Of a stretch of DNA of 64,000 bases, positions 63,377-64,000 are shown piece after piece; the first letter of the stretch is position 1; each line of letters begins with the position of its first letter. The position numbers and the translations under genes are program-made. The stretch is from contig OX597817.1 in assembly GCA_951406725.2 (NCBI GenBank), positions 63,984,001-64,048,000 on the forward strand. Direction: 5' to 3'. This DNA comes from Octopus vulgaris (taxonomy: Eukaryota). Below the pieces are notes generated by a model, which was given only the letters and a program-made list of their open reading frames with translations, was not told the DNA's origin and ran no database searches.

Positions 63377-64000
63377 CTATAAGACATTGCAAAACAAATC
63401 AACACTGCTAATATCTAAATTACAAAAATTTAAGCAGGGATACAATGCGAGTTTGCCAGAGAGATTATGATTTTTTAGACTGTCAGCTTTATCTCTAGAG
63501 ATTAAACATTTTTTAAATTTTAATCTAAGCTACATTTCAATCGGTTTTATTCCTGCTTATGTACATAGCACTAGAACAGGATCCATACTAGGAACTTTCA
63601 AGTGAGTTTCTGAGTTTCTAAAATGAGTACCCAACTGGATTTAAACTACGCACATTTATATATTTTTAAATTTGGAAATTAGTATTTTAGATCTAACCTA
63701 ACATAGTATCATGTAAACGTCCAGGAATAAGATATACAACAGCAATTGGAGATTGAAGCACAGTATCATCATCAACACTGTCACAACATTTTTTAATGTC
63801 CGTCTTCCATGCTGGGACAAGTTGGATAGTTTGACAGGATCTGATGGGTCACAGGACTGTATCATGCTCCAATGTCGTGTATTTCCTTATGACAACCACT
63901 GGGTCCCTTTTTCTTTTGTGGCACTAGTGTAATGGATCACCATGTAGCTCGCAAGACCAAGACCCCCTTCAACTGAAAGGGACTATAGTAGAGAAGGTGG

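Overview
AT-rich, microsatellite-dense animal genomic DNA. The repeat landscape looks like an octopus or other coleoid cephalopod (inference, not a database result). The only host gene is an ERMP1/FXNA-type M28 ER metallopeptidase on the minus strand. Thirteen GT-AG coding exons (63376 down to the TGA at 13634, 2114 nt) splice in frame; its 5' exons lie beyond the right end of the window. Introns and flanks are filled with decayed mobile elements: CR1-group, RTE and L1/Tx1 LINE pieces, mariner, Tc1, maT and rosa-like transposons, MITEs, non-autonomous Helitrons, tRNA-derived SINEs and a 5S rRNA-derived copy. The most notable signal is hammerhead ribozyme (HHR) motifs: a tRNA-headed SINE-like element carrying a minimal type I HHR (two copies), a 465-bp-spaced tandem pair of type I HHRs, and several decayed HHR relics. 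Recurrent inverted duplications bounded by (TA)n microsatellites are also present.
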